From an uncultured bacterium (GTDB lineage: Bacteria > Eisenbacteria > RBG-16-71-46 > CAZHEV01), in the NCBI GenBank assembly GCA_964531335.1, contig CAZHEV010000008.1, positions 68,452 to 132,451 on the forward strand: a stretch of 64,000 nucleotides of DNA, written 5' to 3'. The notes under the pieces are model-generated. The model was not told the origin of the DNA, searched no databases, and saw only the letters and a program-made list of their open reading frames with translations. Shown piece after piece: positions 47,140 through 56,718 of this stretch (within the stretch, counting starts at the first letter, position 1; every line of letters starts with the position of its first letter). Made by a program: the position numbers and the translations under genes.

Positions 47140-47907
47140 TCAGTCAGAGCGTAGCGGGTCAACATCGATTGTCTCCGCCTCCTGCTTGCTGAGAGACAGG
47201 TGATAACCCTTTATCTTTATCTGTATCAGGTCCCCTATAGGCGCCACTCTATCGACCTCCAACAAAGTGCCGCGGGTCACACCCATGTCTGTCAGGCGCT
47301 TTCTAGTCTCTCCCTGCCCCTTGATCTTCACCACTCTTGCCTTGGATCCCGGTTTCAGAGCTCTGAGGTTCATGGGGGCGGCTTCGGCGTTTTGCATTCT
47401 TTTCTTGTCCCTCCGGATCTCCGCTAGGACCGAAGACACGCATTTCTCACAGTCGCCTATCTTATCCCCATGCTTGCAGCCGTATCCGAAGTCCTGCACC
47501 CAATCCGCTCCTCCCCACGGGCAGATTTCCACGAAATCAACAAACTGAATGAGTCTCTCGAGGATGTCGGGACGGATCGCATGCTCCATCTTGCACGAAG
47601 CCTCTTCGGCGGCTTCTTCCCCGATGAGCAGGACCTTGGTGAAGAAATCCCGCAGAGCTTCGTGCCTTCGAACCACGTCCTCGGCCGCCGCCTTCCCCCT
47701 CTCGGTGAGCGTGACGACGCCGTACGGCGCATAGTTGACAAGGCCCCTGGCCGCGAGGGATTTGAGCGCCCCTGTAACTGAAGGGCTGCTTACTTTAATC
47801 CGCCGGCAAATGTCCTTGCCCCTTGCGGCCTGCTTCTCCGCGACTATGTGAAAGATAGCCTCCAGATAGTCCTCGAGGCTCGCGCTGAGCACCTCACTTC
47901 CTGCCAT
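47140..47907 (-). CDS. DtxR/IdeR-family metal-dependent transcriptional regulator with C-terminal SH3-like (FeoA) domain and a Cys-rich insertion
   Basis: N-terminal HTH (EDYLEAIFHIVAEKQAARGKDICRRIKVSSPSVTGALKSLAARGLV), a metal-binding/dimerisation region and a C-terminal FeoA-like beta-barrel (ARVVKIKG...LLEV). Unusual insert CPWGGADWVQDFGYGCKHGDKIGDCEKC. Confidence 0.85.
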   Translation of the reverse strand: MAGSEVLSASLEDYLEAIFHIVAEKQAARGKDICRRIKVSSPSVTGALKSLAARGLVNYAPYGVVTLTERGKAAAEDVVRRHEALRDFFTKVLLIGEEAAEEASCKMEHAIRPDILERLIQFVDFVEICPWGGADWVQDFGYGCKHGDKIGDCEKCVSSVLAEIRRDKKRMQNAEAAPMNLRALKPGSKARVVKIKGQGETRKRLTDMGVTRGTLLEVDRVAPIGDLIQIKIKGYHLSLSKQEAETIDVDPLRSD

Positions 47908-48118
47908 GATGCGGCTCCTCCAGAGAATTAGATGTTAGACATCCCTAATATTTTGAGGCGAGCCTAAGGATGTCAAGACGTTTCTTGCGGGCCCCTCGTT
48001 TTGTCGAGTCCCCTCGCTATCTTATTGGTGGTAGGCGGCAGGCGAGGGCACGGAAGCCTGCTGCTATCTTGCCTGTCAGGAGCTATTAACTTTATTGACA
48101 ATAACACTATTAAAATTC

Positions 48119-48147
48119 TTGACAAATGGGCCTGGCCGTGGTAATTT
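48119..48147 (+). promoter_or_regulatory. sigma70-like promoter candidate (TTGACA - 17 bp - TAATTT) with AT-rich UP-like region upstream
   Basis: About 52 nt upstream of the 48199 start. A second TTGACA lies 24 bp further upstream within AT-rich DNA. Confidence 0.4.
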
Positions 48148-48198
48148 ACCTCTCGGCATTTTCAAATCACCCCACCACCCCAACAAAGGAGGTTTGGA

Positions 48199-49349
48199 TG
48201 AAACGTCCATTCACTTCGCTGCGTTGGTCCCTACCCGTCCTGCTCGGAGCCGTAATCGTCGTATCCTTAACGATTTGGGGCTGCTCCGATAAGGGCAATG
48301 ATCTACTGGCACCACAGCAGGATCAGCAGGGCGTGATTTTCGACGCCAGCCACTCTGCGATCCAATCGGTCATGGCGGTCCAGAACCGTCACACCCCAAC
48401 CCTCATGGAGGACCCCGATATCATCGGCACGGCGACGACGCTCGCGGAAGATGGTAGCCCCGCGATCATGGTCCTTGCCCTCACGGACGAGGCGGCCAAG
48501 GCGCTCCCCCGTGAGCTGGACGGCGTGCCCGTCGTTGTTCGCCGCACGGACAAGATCGTCGCCCTGGGGGGACCGCCCAGTGGCGTAGGCCCGCCCGGCG
48601 GCGATGACGGCGGAGGCGTAGACCATAAGGCCAAGCAGGCGCCGCCGATCCAGCTCGGAACGTCTGGTGGCTGGCGCTACGATCTGGCCAACGGATACTG
48701 CTGCGGCGGCACGCTGGGCTCGCTGATCAGCGTCGGCAACGAGCTGAGGATCCTCAGCAACTATCACGTGTTCGAGGCCGATATCGTCAGCGGCGACAAC
48801 AACCGCGTGGCGACCACCGGCGACCCGATCATCCAGCCGGGGCTTATCGACGTGGGCTGTAACGCCGACGACGCGCAGGACGTGGCCTCCCTGGTCGTGA
48901 CGAGCTCGCTTCCGAACTCGAACGTGGACTGCTCTTCGGCGACCATCATCTCCGGCATGGTTTCCGAGGACGGCGCCATCCTCGAGATCGGCACAATCTC
49001 GTCGCAGACGGTTGATGCCTCGGTGGGCCAAAAGGTCAAGAAGAGCGGCCGGACCACGGGGCTCAGCCGGAGCGAGGTTGACGGGCTCAACGCCACCGTC
49101 AGCGTAGCGTACGACGACGAGTGCGCCGGCAGCGAGGCGTTCACCAAGACCTTCACCGGACAGATCATCATCAAGAACCGGGCATCCAAGTTCCTCGCGG
49201 GCGGTGATTCCGGCTCGTTGATGGTAGAGGACGTGGACAGCAGTCCGCGCGCCGTGGGCTTGTTGTTCGCGGGAAGTAGCACGCTCGCGGTGGCGAATCC
49301 GATCGATGAGGTCCTTTCGTTCCTTAACGCCTCAATGGTCGGTAATTAG
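48199..49349 (+). CDS. chymotrypsin-fold (S1-like, GDSG) serine peptidase lipoprotein, paralog of 41007..42884 without PKD domains
   Basis: AAAGGAGG RBS. Lipobox IWGCS. SNYHVF (His) and GGDSGSL (Ser). N-terminal pro-region-like segment (IQSVMAVQNRHTPTLMEDPDIIGTATTLAEDGSPAIMVLAL). Confidence 0.75.
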
Positions 49350-49447
49350 CGTGTAGAACATACGTCTATTATAGTTGACCGGGTGAAAGCCCGCCCTCGG
49401 CACGCACCGGGGGCGGGTTTCACTGTAGCACCTGAGCGGGAGCTATA

Positions 49448-49780
49448 ATGAGAGTCTCTTCGAGGAACATAGTTTGTGTCGCGGCGCTTCTTTGCACAAT
49501 CCTTTCCGGCGCTTGCGGCCATGACGACGGAGACGGGAGCGACATGCCGACCCAGGACATAAAGACCGTGATGGAGGCTCACGCTGACGAGTTGATGGCG
49601 ATAGACGGGGTGACCGCGGTGGCGATCGGCGAGCTCGACGACGGAACGCCGTGCATCAAGGTCTATGTCGTACGGAAGACCGATGAGCTGACGACTCAAA
49701 TACCCAAGGCCCTCGAGGGTCACCCGGTGGTCGTCGAGGAAAGCGGCGTTATCAGGCCGATGCCCGGCGGTGAAGGATAG
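49448..49780 (+). CDS. small lipoprotein homologous to peptidase pro-region (paralog of 43044..43388)
   Basis: Lipobox LSGAC. IKTVMEAHADELMAIDGVTAVAIGELDDGTPCIKVYV...LEGHPVVVEE. Confidence 0.6.
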   Translation: MRVSSRNIVCVAALLCTILSGACGHDDGDGSDMPTQDIKTVMEAHADELMAIDGVTAVAIGELDDGTPCIKVYVVRKTDELTTQIPKALEGHPVVVEESGVIRPMPGGEG

Positions 49781-49781
49781 T

Positions 49782-51365
49782 CTACCAGCTCAGTTCGGCG
49801 TCGAGATGTTCGTGCAGCTTCTTGCGTTGGATCAGCTTGATCCGCTCCGACCAGATATCTACGGGATTGTAGTCATCGGTGAGAACGGGAACGCCGTTTG
49901 GCTCGACCCGGAACCTGTTGTCCCACGCGTGAGCGCGGGTGTAATCACGGCTGAACCGATCCCTGGGAACCGGCGGCTCCTTTTCCGGCTCCAGGGGACG
50001 ATCCGAACCCAGAAGCACAAGGTTCCCAAGCGTGTTGGGCGGTTCCGCCATCGGCAGCACTACTACGTGCTCGAAGACCTCCTGCATGGTCACGGCCAGG
50101 GAGTGGACGAGGACGTCGTCCCAGCCTGTAGCCACGATGTTGATGGCCATGACGCCGTTAGGATCAAGTCGCGAGCGGATCAAGGCGAAGGATTCGCGCG
50201 TGACCAGGTGAAAGGGAATGGAGCTGCTCGCGAAGGCGTCCATGATCACCACGTCGAACGTCTCTTCGGTTGTTGAAAGGAAGCGACGGCCGTCCATGTG
50301 GTGCACGGGGGTCTCGTGTTCATCCAGATAAAAGTAATCGCCCGCCACACGCGTAATGACCGGATCGATCTCCACCGCTTCCACCCGCCATCTTTCCGCC
50401 ACGAACCTCTTGACCAGCGAGCCCCCGCCAAGCCCTACCAGGAGCATTCGTCCCGGCTCCTCGAAGAACAGTCTCGTTAGATCTAGGACGTCCACGTACG
50501 AGAAAAGCGACTCGCCTGTGGCGGCGTCGACGACGTTTTGAATGGCGCCGTCAGTCAACAAGTAGCGCGCCCCGTCGTCCTCCACCACGCGGATCTCGGC
50601 GTACGCGCTGTGCACGACCGCGAGAAGACCGATTTGCGGGTTCTCCTTGGTCCTTACAGACGGCGTCGCCAGAAGCAGGCCCACGGCGGCCACCGGCAGC
50701 AAAAACAGGGCGGTCACTCCACCTTTCGTGTTCCGTGCCGTGGCCAGACCGATTAGGGCGGTCACCACGAGGGCCGCGCCTACCGCGAGTGTTAGCCGGT
50801 TGACACCCAGGCTGGGGATCAGCAGGAAACCGGTAGCAACGGCGGCCGCCACGCCGGCCAACGTCGAGACCGCGTAAAGATTACCCGCCGTTCGTCCAAC
50901 CACGCTGATATTCGACGCCTTGAGACGGATGGCGTATGGGCTCACTATGCCCAGCATTGCGAGCGGAGGGAAGAAAAGCACCGTCGCCGTCAGAAGCACC
51001 GCGGCTCTCAACCCCGCCGACGCCGTCAACGCCAGCACCGGATCTCTCAGCCAAGGGATTACGACGACCCACAGACCGGCGAGCCCGATAACGACGCTGA
51101 AACGTTTGAGCGTCGGCCCGCGGTCGGCCAAGCGACCGCCGATTGCGTACCCCGTGCTCAAAGCGGCCAGCGTGACGCTGATCAGCGCCGACCACAGATA
51201 CACGCTTACCCCGTAGAACGGCCCGAGGATCCGTGTTCCAAGTATCTCGATGGCCAGCACCGAGCCGCCGCTGACAATGACCGCGAGATAGACGAACAGA
51301 TTGACCATGATCACCACCTGTGTGTGTCCGAAGAGCGTTGGCATGAATCGGAGGTACACATTCAA
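49782..51365 (-). CDS. spermidine-synthase-like (polyamine aminopropyltransferase fold) protein fused to an N-terminal polytopic membrane domain
   Basis: About 7 TM helices, then LLVGLGGGSLVKRF...VEIDP...VVIMDAF, the SAM-dependent spermidine-synthase-like fold. Confidence 0.7.
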   Translation of the reverse strand: MNVYLRFMPTLFGHTQVVIMVNLFVYLAVIVSGGSVLAIEILGTRILGPFYGVSVYLWSALISVTLAALSTGYAIGGRLADRGPTLKRFSVVIGLAGLWVVVIPWLRDPVLALTASAGLRAAVLLTATVLFFPPLAMLGIVSPYAIRLKASNISVVGRTAGNLYAVSTLAGVAAAVATGFLLIPSLGVNRLTLAVGAALVVTALIGLATARNTKGGVTALFLLPVAAVGLLLATPSVRTKENPQIGLLAVVHSAYAEIRVVEDDGARYLLTDGAIQNVVDAATGESLFSYVDVLDLTRLFFEEPGRMLLVGLGGGSLVKRFVAERWRVEAVEIDPVITRVAGDYFYLDEHETPVHHMDGRRFLSTTEETFDVVIMDAFASSSIPFHLVTRESFALIRSRLDPNGVMAINIVATGWDDVLVHSLAVTMQEVFEHVVVLPMAEPPNTLGNLVLLGSDRPLEPEKEPPVPRDRFSRDYTRAHAWDNRFRVEPNGVPVLTDDYNPVDIWSERIKLIQRKKLHEHLDAELSW

Positions 51366-51428
51366 TGACCGACGGGCGGATTTTACAGCATAAGACAGAG
51401 GATGTCGACACGGACTTTTGCTTGCCCC

Positions 51429-52784
51429 TCACCTGCTATCGACATATCCAGCCTCGGGTCTTTGCCCCAGCTCTTCCAGCATGAGGGACTCGGGTGTGGG
51501 GATCCGGAGCTCGTCATAAAACTCCGCGCGATCCACGATCTCTGAAAGGGTCACGAAGCCGAAAGTCAGCGCCTGGGGCGCCCCCCACCAGGCGGCCACT
51601 CCCGCCGCCGCAAGCGCGCCCAGCCGAAGGGCACTGACCGGCCCGCGGGCGGGAAGGCCGCGCCTGTGCATGATCAGCTTGCGACGGACGTATAAGGCGC
51701 CCTTGATACCCGCCAGTAGAACCGCCGCAACCCAGGCGCCGCCCCACACGGCGGCAAAAAGAAGCCCCGTTCCCAGGATCCGCGCGCTGTGAAGCGCTCC
51801 TCCCCCGCGGACCCGCACCGACCCGTATGTGCGATCGACAGCGGCCAAAGCTGCAATCCCGAGGGCGGCGGCGAGCCAGCCCAAGGCCGCCCCCCCGTAG
51901 CCGGCGAAAACGACCGAGGTGACTGCTAAGAACGATATGAAGAGCAGAATCTCCCGGCTAAGCCACGAGCGCCCCGCGTTTGCCGGCGCGCGCCAGGCCC
52001 GCGCCTTGCGGCCCAAGTGGCAGGCGCCGACCAGCAGCCCAATGATCCCAACAAGCGCAAAGCCAACCGCGCTCGGCGTGGGCGCACCGAAGCGCGAAGC
52101 AAGGAAGATACCGACGAGAATGGCGGCAAGCATGGTGAAGGCGATCAAAGGCCACTCGCCCGAGGCCGTCGTCTGCGAAACCAGGCGCTTGGCAAGAGCT
52201 TCCCAAGGCGGGATCGAGGCGGCCTCCGCCTGTCTCGGCGCCAACCTGCCCGCTCTTAACGGCACGATGTGGATCGACGGGCGGGCGTCGGTCTCCGCCA
52301 TGCCGTGCACCAGAGGCCCTGATGTAAGCTCTACCTCGTCCAACTCTCCCCACTCCAGCGCCCCAGTCGGACAGGCGGTGACGCACGCCGGATCGCCCGA
52401 CGCACGCTGTCTGTCGACGCAGAAATCGCACTTCGTCGTGACGCCGGAGGCATCGTCGAAGCAAAGCGCCCCATACGGGCATACCCACGAGCAATAGCGA
52501 CATCCGATGCACTTGGCGCCGTCGATCAACACCGCGCCCGTCTCTTCGTCCCTGTAGATCGCACTCGACGGACAGGCCTCCATGCAAGGCGCATCGGCGC
52601 AGTGATTGCAGGCCATCGACAGGTGCGAGACCTCCACGCCGTGGACGTGAAGCTCGTTGAAGGTACGCACGCGACGCCAGCGCCGCTCGCCCGGCACGGC
52701 TTTCGCTATCCGGCATGCGGTTTCACAGGCGTGGCAGCCGATGCATTTGTTCTGATCGAAGATGAAGGCTCTCCGGCGTGTCAT
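51429..52784 (-). CDS. 4Fe-4S ferredoxin-type subunit of a molybdopterin oxidoreductase (DmsB/PsrB-like) fused to a C-terminal polytopic membrane anchor
   Basis: Four CxxCxxCxxxCP-type clusters in the first ~190 aa. Multiple hydrophobic helices in the C-terminal half. Start overlaps the upstream gene's stop by 4 nt. Confidence 0.8.
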   Translation of the reverse strand: MTRRRAFIFDQNKCIGCHACETACRIAKAVPGERRWRRVRTFNELHVHGVEVSHLSMACNHCADAPCMEACPSSAIYRDEETGAVLIDGAKCIGCRYCSWVCPYGALCFDDASGVTTKCDFCVDRQRASGDPACVTACPTGALEWGELDEVELTSGPLVHGMAETDARPSIHIVPLRAGRLAPRQAEAASIPPWEALAKRLVSQTTASGEWPLIAFTMLAAILVGIFLASRFGAPTPSAVGFALVGIIGLLVGACHLGRKARAWRAPANAGRSWLSREILLFISFLAVTSVVFAGYGGAALGWLAAALGIAALAAVDRTYGSVRVRGGGALHSARILGTGLLFAAVWGGAWVAAVLLAGIKGALYVRRKLIMHRRGLPARGPVSALRLGALAAAGVAAWWGAPQALTFGFVTLSEIVDRAEFYDELRIPTPESLMLEELGQRPEAGYVDSR

Positions 52785-54841
52785 GCGCGCTCTACCTCCA
52801 CCAGGTTGTCATGGAACGCCGCCCCGTGCGCTATATCCGTCTCGCGTCCCTCGGACAACAGATTGACCGGGCCTCCCTGCGATCCCCACCATCCGTTCGT
52901 GACGGACACGCAGCCGCGCCTGATGCCGCTGTCTATCCGCACGGGAAGCTGCATCTCGCCGCGGCGGTTGTATATCCGCGCCCTGTCCCCGAAGCTCAGA
53001 CCCCGCGCCGCGGCGTCGTCAGGGTGCATCTGAAGCACAGGCTCGGGGTCGTGGACCTTTATGATGTCCAGGTTTCCGAACTGAGAGTGGATGCGGTTTT
53101 TCGTGTTCGGGGTGAGAAGTTGCATCGGATATCTGGGATCGTGATCGGGCCGTGCCGCGGACTCGATCGGAAGCTCCGCGCGGGGCAAGGGGTCGCAACC
53201 CCACCGGGCGGCGGCCTCGGTCGATACGAGCTCAACCTTGCCGGAGGGAGTTGCAAACACCTTGTCGGCGAAGGCCACCTCCTCATGGCCGGGCGCGAGC
53301 ACGGGGCCGTCGGCGAAATCGGCGAGAGAAAGGCCCAAAGGCGCCAGCCGCCGCTCGAGCCAGGCGCGAATCTCTCCGTGGCCGGGCCCCGGGATGGTCT
53401 CATCCAGCTTCGATGTTTCAAGGTTCAGCCTTCTCGCCAGATCGCGGAATATCTCGGTCTCCGGACGTACCTCGCCCGGCGGATCGAGCGCCTGCGGACG
53501 GAGCTGAAGATAGGGATGCCAGTAAGCCCCGATGACGTCCGTCTGTTCGAACATGCTCTTCGCGGGAAGGACTATGTCCGCCTCCCGCGCCGTGTCCGTC
53601 ATGAACTGGTCGACGACCACCCGGAAGTCCAGCGAGCGGAAGGCCTCCCGCACCTTGCGCGTACCGGGGTTCTGCGAAAGCGGGTTTCCCCGCTCCACCC
53701 ACGCGAATTTGAGCGGCGGATCGCTCTGAGCGATCATGTCGCGGCCGAGACGCGCGGTGGATACGGAAACGCGCACGTCTCCCTCCGGCTTTTCGGGCGG
53801 GAAAAACGCGATGGGGTCCCGAACGCCGCCGAAGACCTGCGTCTGGAGGTTCGCATAGACCCAGCCGCCGCCTGGGATTCCTATGTTGCCGGTCAGCGCC
53901 GCAAGGGCTATCAGCGCGCGCATGGTCGCGCCGCTGTTGGTGTACCTCTGCATCCCGAAGCCCGCGCATATGGTCGCGGGCTTTATAGTCCCGAGAAGCC
54001 CCGCAAGTTCCGCTATGGCTCCGGCCGGCACGCCGCACACGGAGGCTGCCTCCTCAATGCTCCTCTCGCGAACCATGTTCGCGAACTCGTCGAATCCAAG
54101 CACGTGCTCGTCAACGAAAGCCCCGTCGATACTGCCGCTTTCGATGAGCGCCCGCGCCACGGCCAGCGCAAAAAATCCGTCCGTGCCAGGCTTGGGCTGA
54201 ATCAAAAGCTCGGCGCGCTCGGACGTCTCGGTGCGCCGCGGGTCGATGACGACCAGGCGCGCGCCCGCGTCCATGGCCTGGTTTACGAAGCGCATCTGGT
54301 GCGGGTTGGTCTCGGCCGCGTTCTTGCCCCACATCACTATCAGGCGCGCTTTGGCCAGGTCCCACGGCGCGTTGTGTTTGTTTTCGCCCAGGGTCAAACG
54401 CGCCGCCTCGAGGCCTGCGGGCCAGCAAAGATCGCCGTATGCCGTCGTGCATCCGCCGAACATGCGCCAGAAGGCCAGGCTGCACTCGTTCAGGAGTCCT
54501 TTCGTTCCGCTCCCGGCGTAATGAAAGACCGCGCGCGGGCCGAGCTCTCTTCGCACGCGGTTCAATTGCGCCGTTATCTCGTCCAGCGCGTCATCCCACG
54601 ACACGCGGTGAAACGCGCCCCCGTGCCTTCGCCTTAGTGGATAAAGGAGCCGCTCTGGGCTGTGCTGCCTTTCGACGTAGCTCAGCCCCTTCAGGCAGGG
54701 CCCGCCGGGGGTGGCGAGGTTGGGCGACGGGCCTTCCGCGGGCACGGGCTCGACCGCCACGAGCCGGCCGCCTTCGACGGTTACTCGCATCGAACAGGTG
54801 CTGTAGCAGTTTCGGGGGCATGCGGTCAGGAAAGTGGGCAA
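52781..54841 (-). CDS. molybdopterin-dependent oxidoreductase catalytic subunit (DMSO-reductase family), no Tat signal
   Basis: N-terminal CPRNCYSTCS 4Fe-4S motif with no twin-arginine leader, then molybdopterin dinucleotide-binding domains. 686 aa. Confidence 0.85.
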   Translation of the reverse strand: MPTFLTACPRNCYSTCSMRVTVEGGRLVAVEPVPAEGPSPNLATPGGPCLKGLSYVERQHSPERLLYPLRRRHGGAFHRVSWDDALDEITAQLNRVRRELGPRAVFHYAGSGTKGLLNECSLAFWRMFGGCTTAYGDLCWPAGLEAARLTLGENKHNAPWDLAKARLIVMWGKNAAETNPHQMRFVNQAMDAGARLVVIDPRRTETSERAELLIQPKPGTDGFFALAVARALIESGSIDGAFVDEHVLGFDEFANMVRERSIEEAASVCGVPAGAIAELAGLLGTIKPATICAGFGMQRYTNSGATMRALIALAALTGNIGIPGGGWVYANLQTQVFGGVRDPIAFFPPEKPEGDVRVSVSTARLGRDMIAQSDPPLKFAWVERGNPLSQNPGTRKVREAFRSLDFRVVVDQFMTDTAREADIVLPAKSMFEQTDVIGAYWHPYLQLRPQALDPPGEVRPETEIFRDLARRLNLETSKLDETIPGPGHGEIRAWLERRLAPLGLSLADFADGPVLAPGHEEVAFADKVFATPSGKVELVSTEAAARWGCDPLPRAELPIESAARPDHDPRYPMQLLTPNTKNRIHSQFGNLDIIKVHDPEPVLQMHPDDAAARGLSFGDRARIYNRRGEMQLPVRIDSGIRRGCVSVTNGWWGSQGGPVNLLSEGRETDIAHGAAFHDNLVEVERA

Positions 54842-54859
54842 ATTGAGCCTCGCGCTCTG

Positions 54860-55627
54860 CTAATAGCGGTACGAAACGGACGCCACCGCGTAGTGAAGCC
54901 AGGCGAAGTTGTACACCTCGTCCACGTCCGCGCCGCCCTCGAGGGTTCGATATCCGACCGAGACGCTCCAGCACCTGCAAAGATCCGCGCAGAGCTTGAT
55001 GGAGGCGTCCTCGGCACGGCCGGGACCGCCGGCCAGCGCGTCGACGTCGAGGACCAACCGCCGGCTCGGCGAGAGCTTGTACCATCCCCGGACATGGAGC
55101 AGAGGGACGAATCCGACGTCTGTCTTCCCGGCCGATTTGCCGCCTTGGTCCAGCTCGATCTTAGCATCCCTGATCTTGCCGGTGAATCCGATCCACCAGG
55201 CCCAGCGGGCGCTGCTGTGGAACCGGTACGAGTACGTGAGCCGCCAGGAGTTGAAACGATAGGTCGCCTCGGTGGGGACTCCGGGGTCGAAAGTGGCGCC
55301 AAAGAACGAGATCCGCTTTGGGGCAAGCCCGGTCTCCGTAACCGTCAGCGGCGCCGCGAGCGCCCTGAGGCCATGCCGCTCGTTGATATTCCAGGTTAGA
55401 TAGAGGCGCGCGGCCGGCCAGGGCCCATTGTCCACCACGTCCAGGAGTGAGAACCGGGTGCCGTCCTGGTTGTTCGGGATCTGGACGTCGTTCTTGCTCT
55501 GCCATACCGGTCCGGCCTCCAGCTCGAGCACGAAGCTCGACTCCGTGGCCTTTCGCGAAGCGAGGGCGGGATCCGTCACGGCGACCAAGGCCGCGACAAG
55601 GACAGCAACGATAAGGCTATTTCGCAA
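54860..55627 (-). CDS. outer-membrane beta-barrel protein (hypothetical)
   Basis: Start moved to the internal TTG with GGGAGG at spacing 6, giving signal peptide MRNSLIVAVLVAALVAVTDPALA. Amphipathic beta-strands. Ends in aromatic-rich VSYRY. Confidence 0.55.
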   Translation of the reverse strand: MRNSLIVAVLVAALVAVTDPALASRKATESSFVLELEAGPVWQSKNDVQIPNNQDGTRFSLLDVVDNGPWPAARLYLTWNINERHGLRALAAPLTVTETGLAPKRISFFGATFDPGVPTEATYRFNSWRLTYSYRFHSSARWAWWIGFTGKIRDAKIELDQGGKSAGKTDVGFVPLLHVRGWYKLSPSRRLVLDVDALAGGPGRAEDASIKLCADLCRCWSVSVGYRTLEGGADVDEVYNFAWLHYAVASVSYRY

Positions 55628-55759
55628 CGGGAACCTCCCAAGGTGATCGACGCACTCGACCCAGGCTTTCAAGCTCGGCCGAAACTCCGAACCCACCATC
55701 TAATATCCATCAATATTGGACAATATCATCCACCCGCCCCCAGTGGGAATATGATGGCG

Positions 55760-56170
55760 CTACCGTGAGACATCCCCCATCCGAAAATTGAAATGTCCGG
55801 TCGCGCGGTCCTGGAAGTACAGCCTGAGTGTCTCGGTTATCGAAGTGAAAGCCAGATCGTCCCAGGGAATCTCCCTCTCCTCGAACAGCCTGGCTTCCAG
55901 GCTCTCCTCTCCCGCGGCGAACTTGCCGCCGACCAACCGTCCCCTGAACATGAGGTACACTTGAGAGACGAAGGTGAGGTTGAGCAGAACGTACGGCGCG
56001 ATGATCTCGACGTCCGCGCGCGCCTCCTCGAGAGCCTCCCGGCGCGCCCCCTCGGCCACGGTCTCGCCGACCTCCAGGTACCCGGCCGGTACGGTCCACT
56101 TCCCGTATCGCGGCTCGATCGAGCGGCGGCAGAGCCATCTGATTTCGTTTGACAGTGTGAAGGCAGCCAC
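55760..56170 (-). CDS. Nudix hydrolase (short form)
   Basis: Nudix box GKWTVPAGYLEVGETVAEGARREALEEA (G..5..E..7..REUxEExGU). GTG start directly after an in-frame stop. Confidence 0.7.
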   Translation of the reverse strand: MAAFTLSNEIRWLCRRSIEPRYGKWTVPAGYLEVGETVAEGARREALEEARADVEIIAPYVLLNLTFVSQVYLMFRGRLVGGKFAAGEESLEARLFEEREIPWDDLAFTSITETLRLYFQDRATGHFNFRMGDVSR

Positions 56171-56205
56171 CTAGACTGGCCGCATCTCAACAAAAGGAGG
56201 GCGTT

Positions 56206-56718
56206 ATGAGACGTTGGACGGTTCTTCTGGCTGCATCGCTCGTGATTTTGGTCACGCTCGCCCCTCAAGCGCAGGCCGGACATCGCATCGGCGGGGGCAT
56301 CGAATACCTGAGAACGCTCGGTGACATAAAGGACTCGTCCGAGTTCGACGCGAACTCCATCGGCCTGATCGGGTCCTATCAGTACACGATGGCGGCGCTC
56401 AGGATCGAGGGCGACCTCGAGCTGATCCCAGACTTCGGCGGCACCGACGAGCTTCTGTTCGAGCCGCAGGCGTATGTCCTGCTCGGTGGCCTGATCTACG
56501 GGGGCATGGGAATCGGCACCGCGTACTTCGACGGTGATTGGCTGGACGATCCTTTCTTCGCCCTGCGCGCGGGAGTGGACTTCCCTCTCGGCGCTTTCGC
56601 CATCGACGGCTACGCTCTCTACCGGTTCCATGACACGAAGCTGCTCGAAGACCTCGACGAAGAGGACCTGGACTCGATAACCTTCGCCGCGGTGATCCGC
56701 TTTCCCATAGGCAACTAG
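56206..56718 (+). CDS. small outer-membrane beta-barrel protein
   Basis: AAAGGAGGG RBS. Signal peptide ending AQA. Alternating hydrophobic beta-strand pattern. 170 aa. Confidence 0.55.
   Translation: MRRWTVLLAASLVILVTLAPQAQAGHRIGGGIEYLRTLGDIKDSSEFDANSIGLIGSYQYTMAALRIEGDLELIPDFGGTDELLFEPQAYVLLGGLIYGGMGIGTAYFDGDWLDDPFFALRAGVDFPLGAFAIDGYALYRFHDTKLLEDLDEEDLDSITFAAVIRFPIGN

Noticed and set aside
49350-49445. Hairpin (GAAAGCCCGCCC ... GGGCGGGTTTC) after the second peptidase gene, considered as a terminator
   Set aside because: Stem is imperfect with a long loop and no T-tract.
52778-54637. 619-aa plus-strand ORF antisense to the molybdoenzyme catalytic subunit
   Set aside because: Mirror ORF. 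The minus-strand product has the canonical FeS and MGD-binding motifs.
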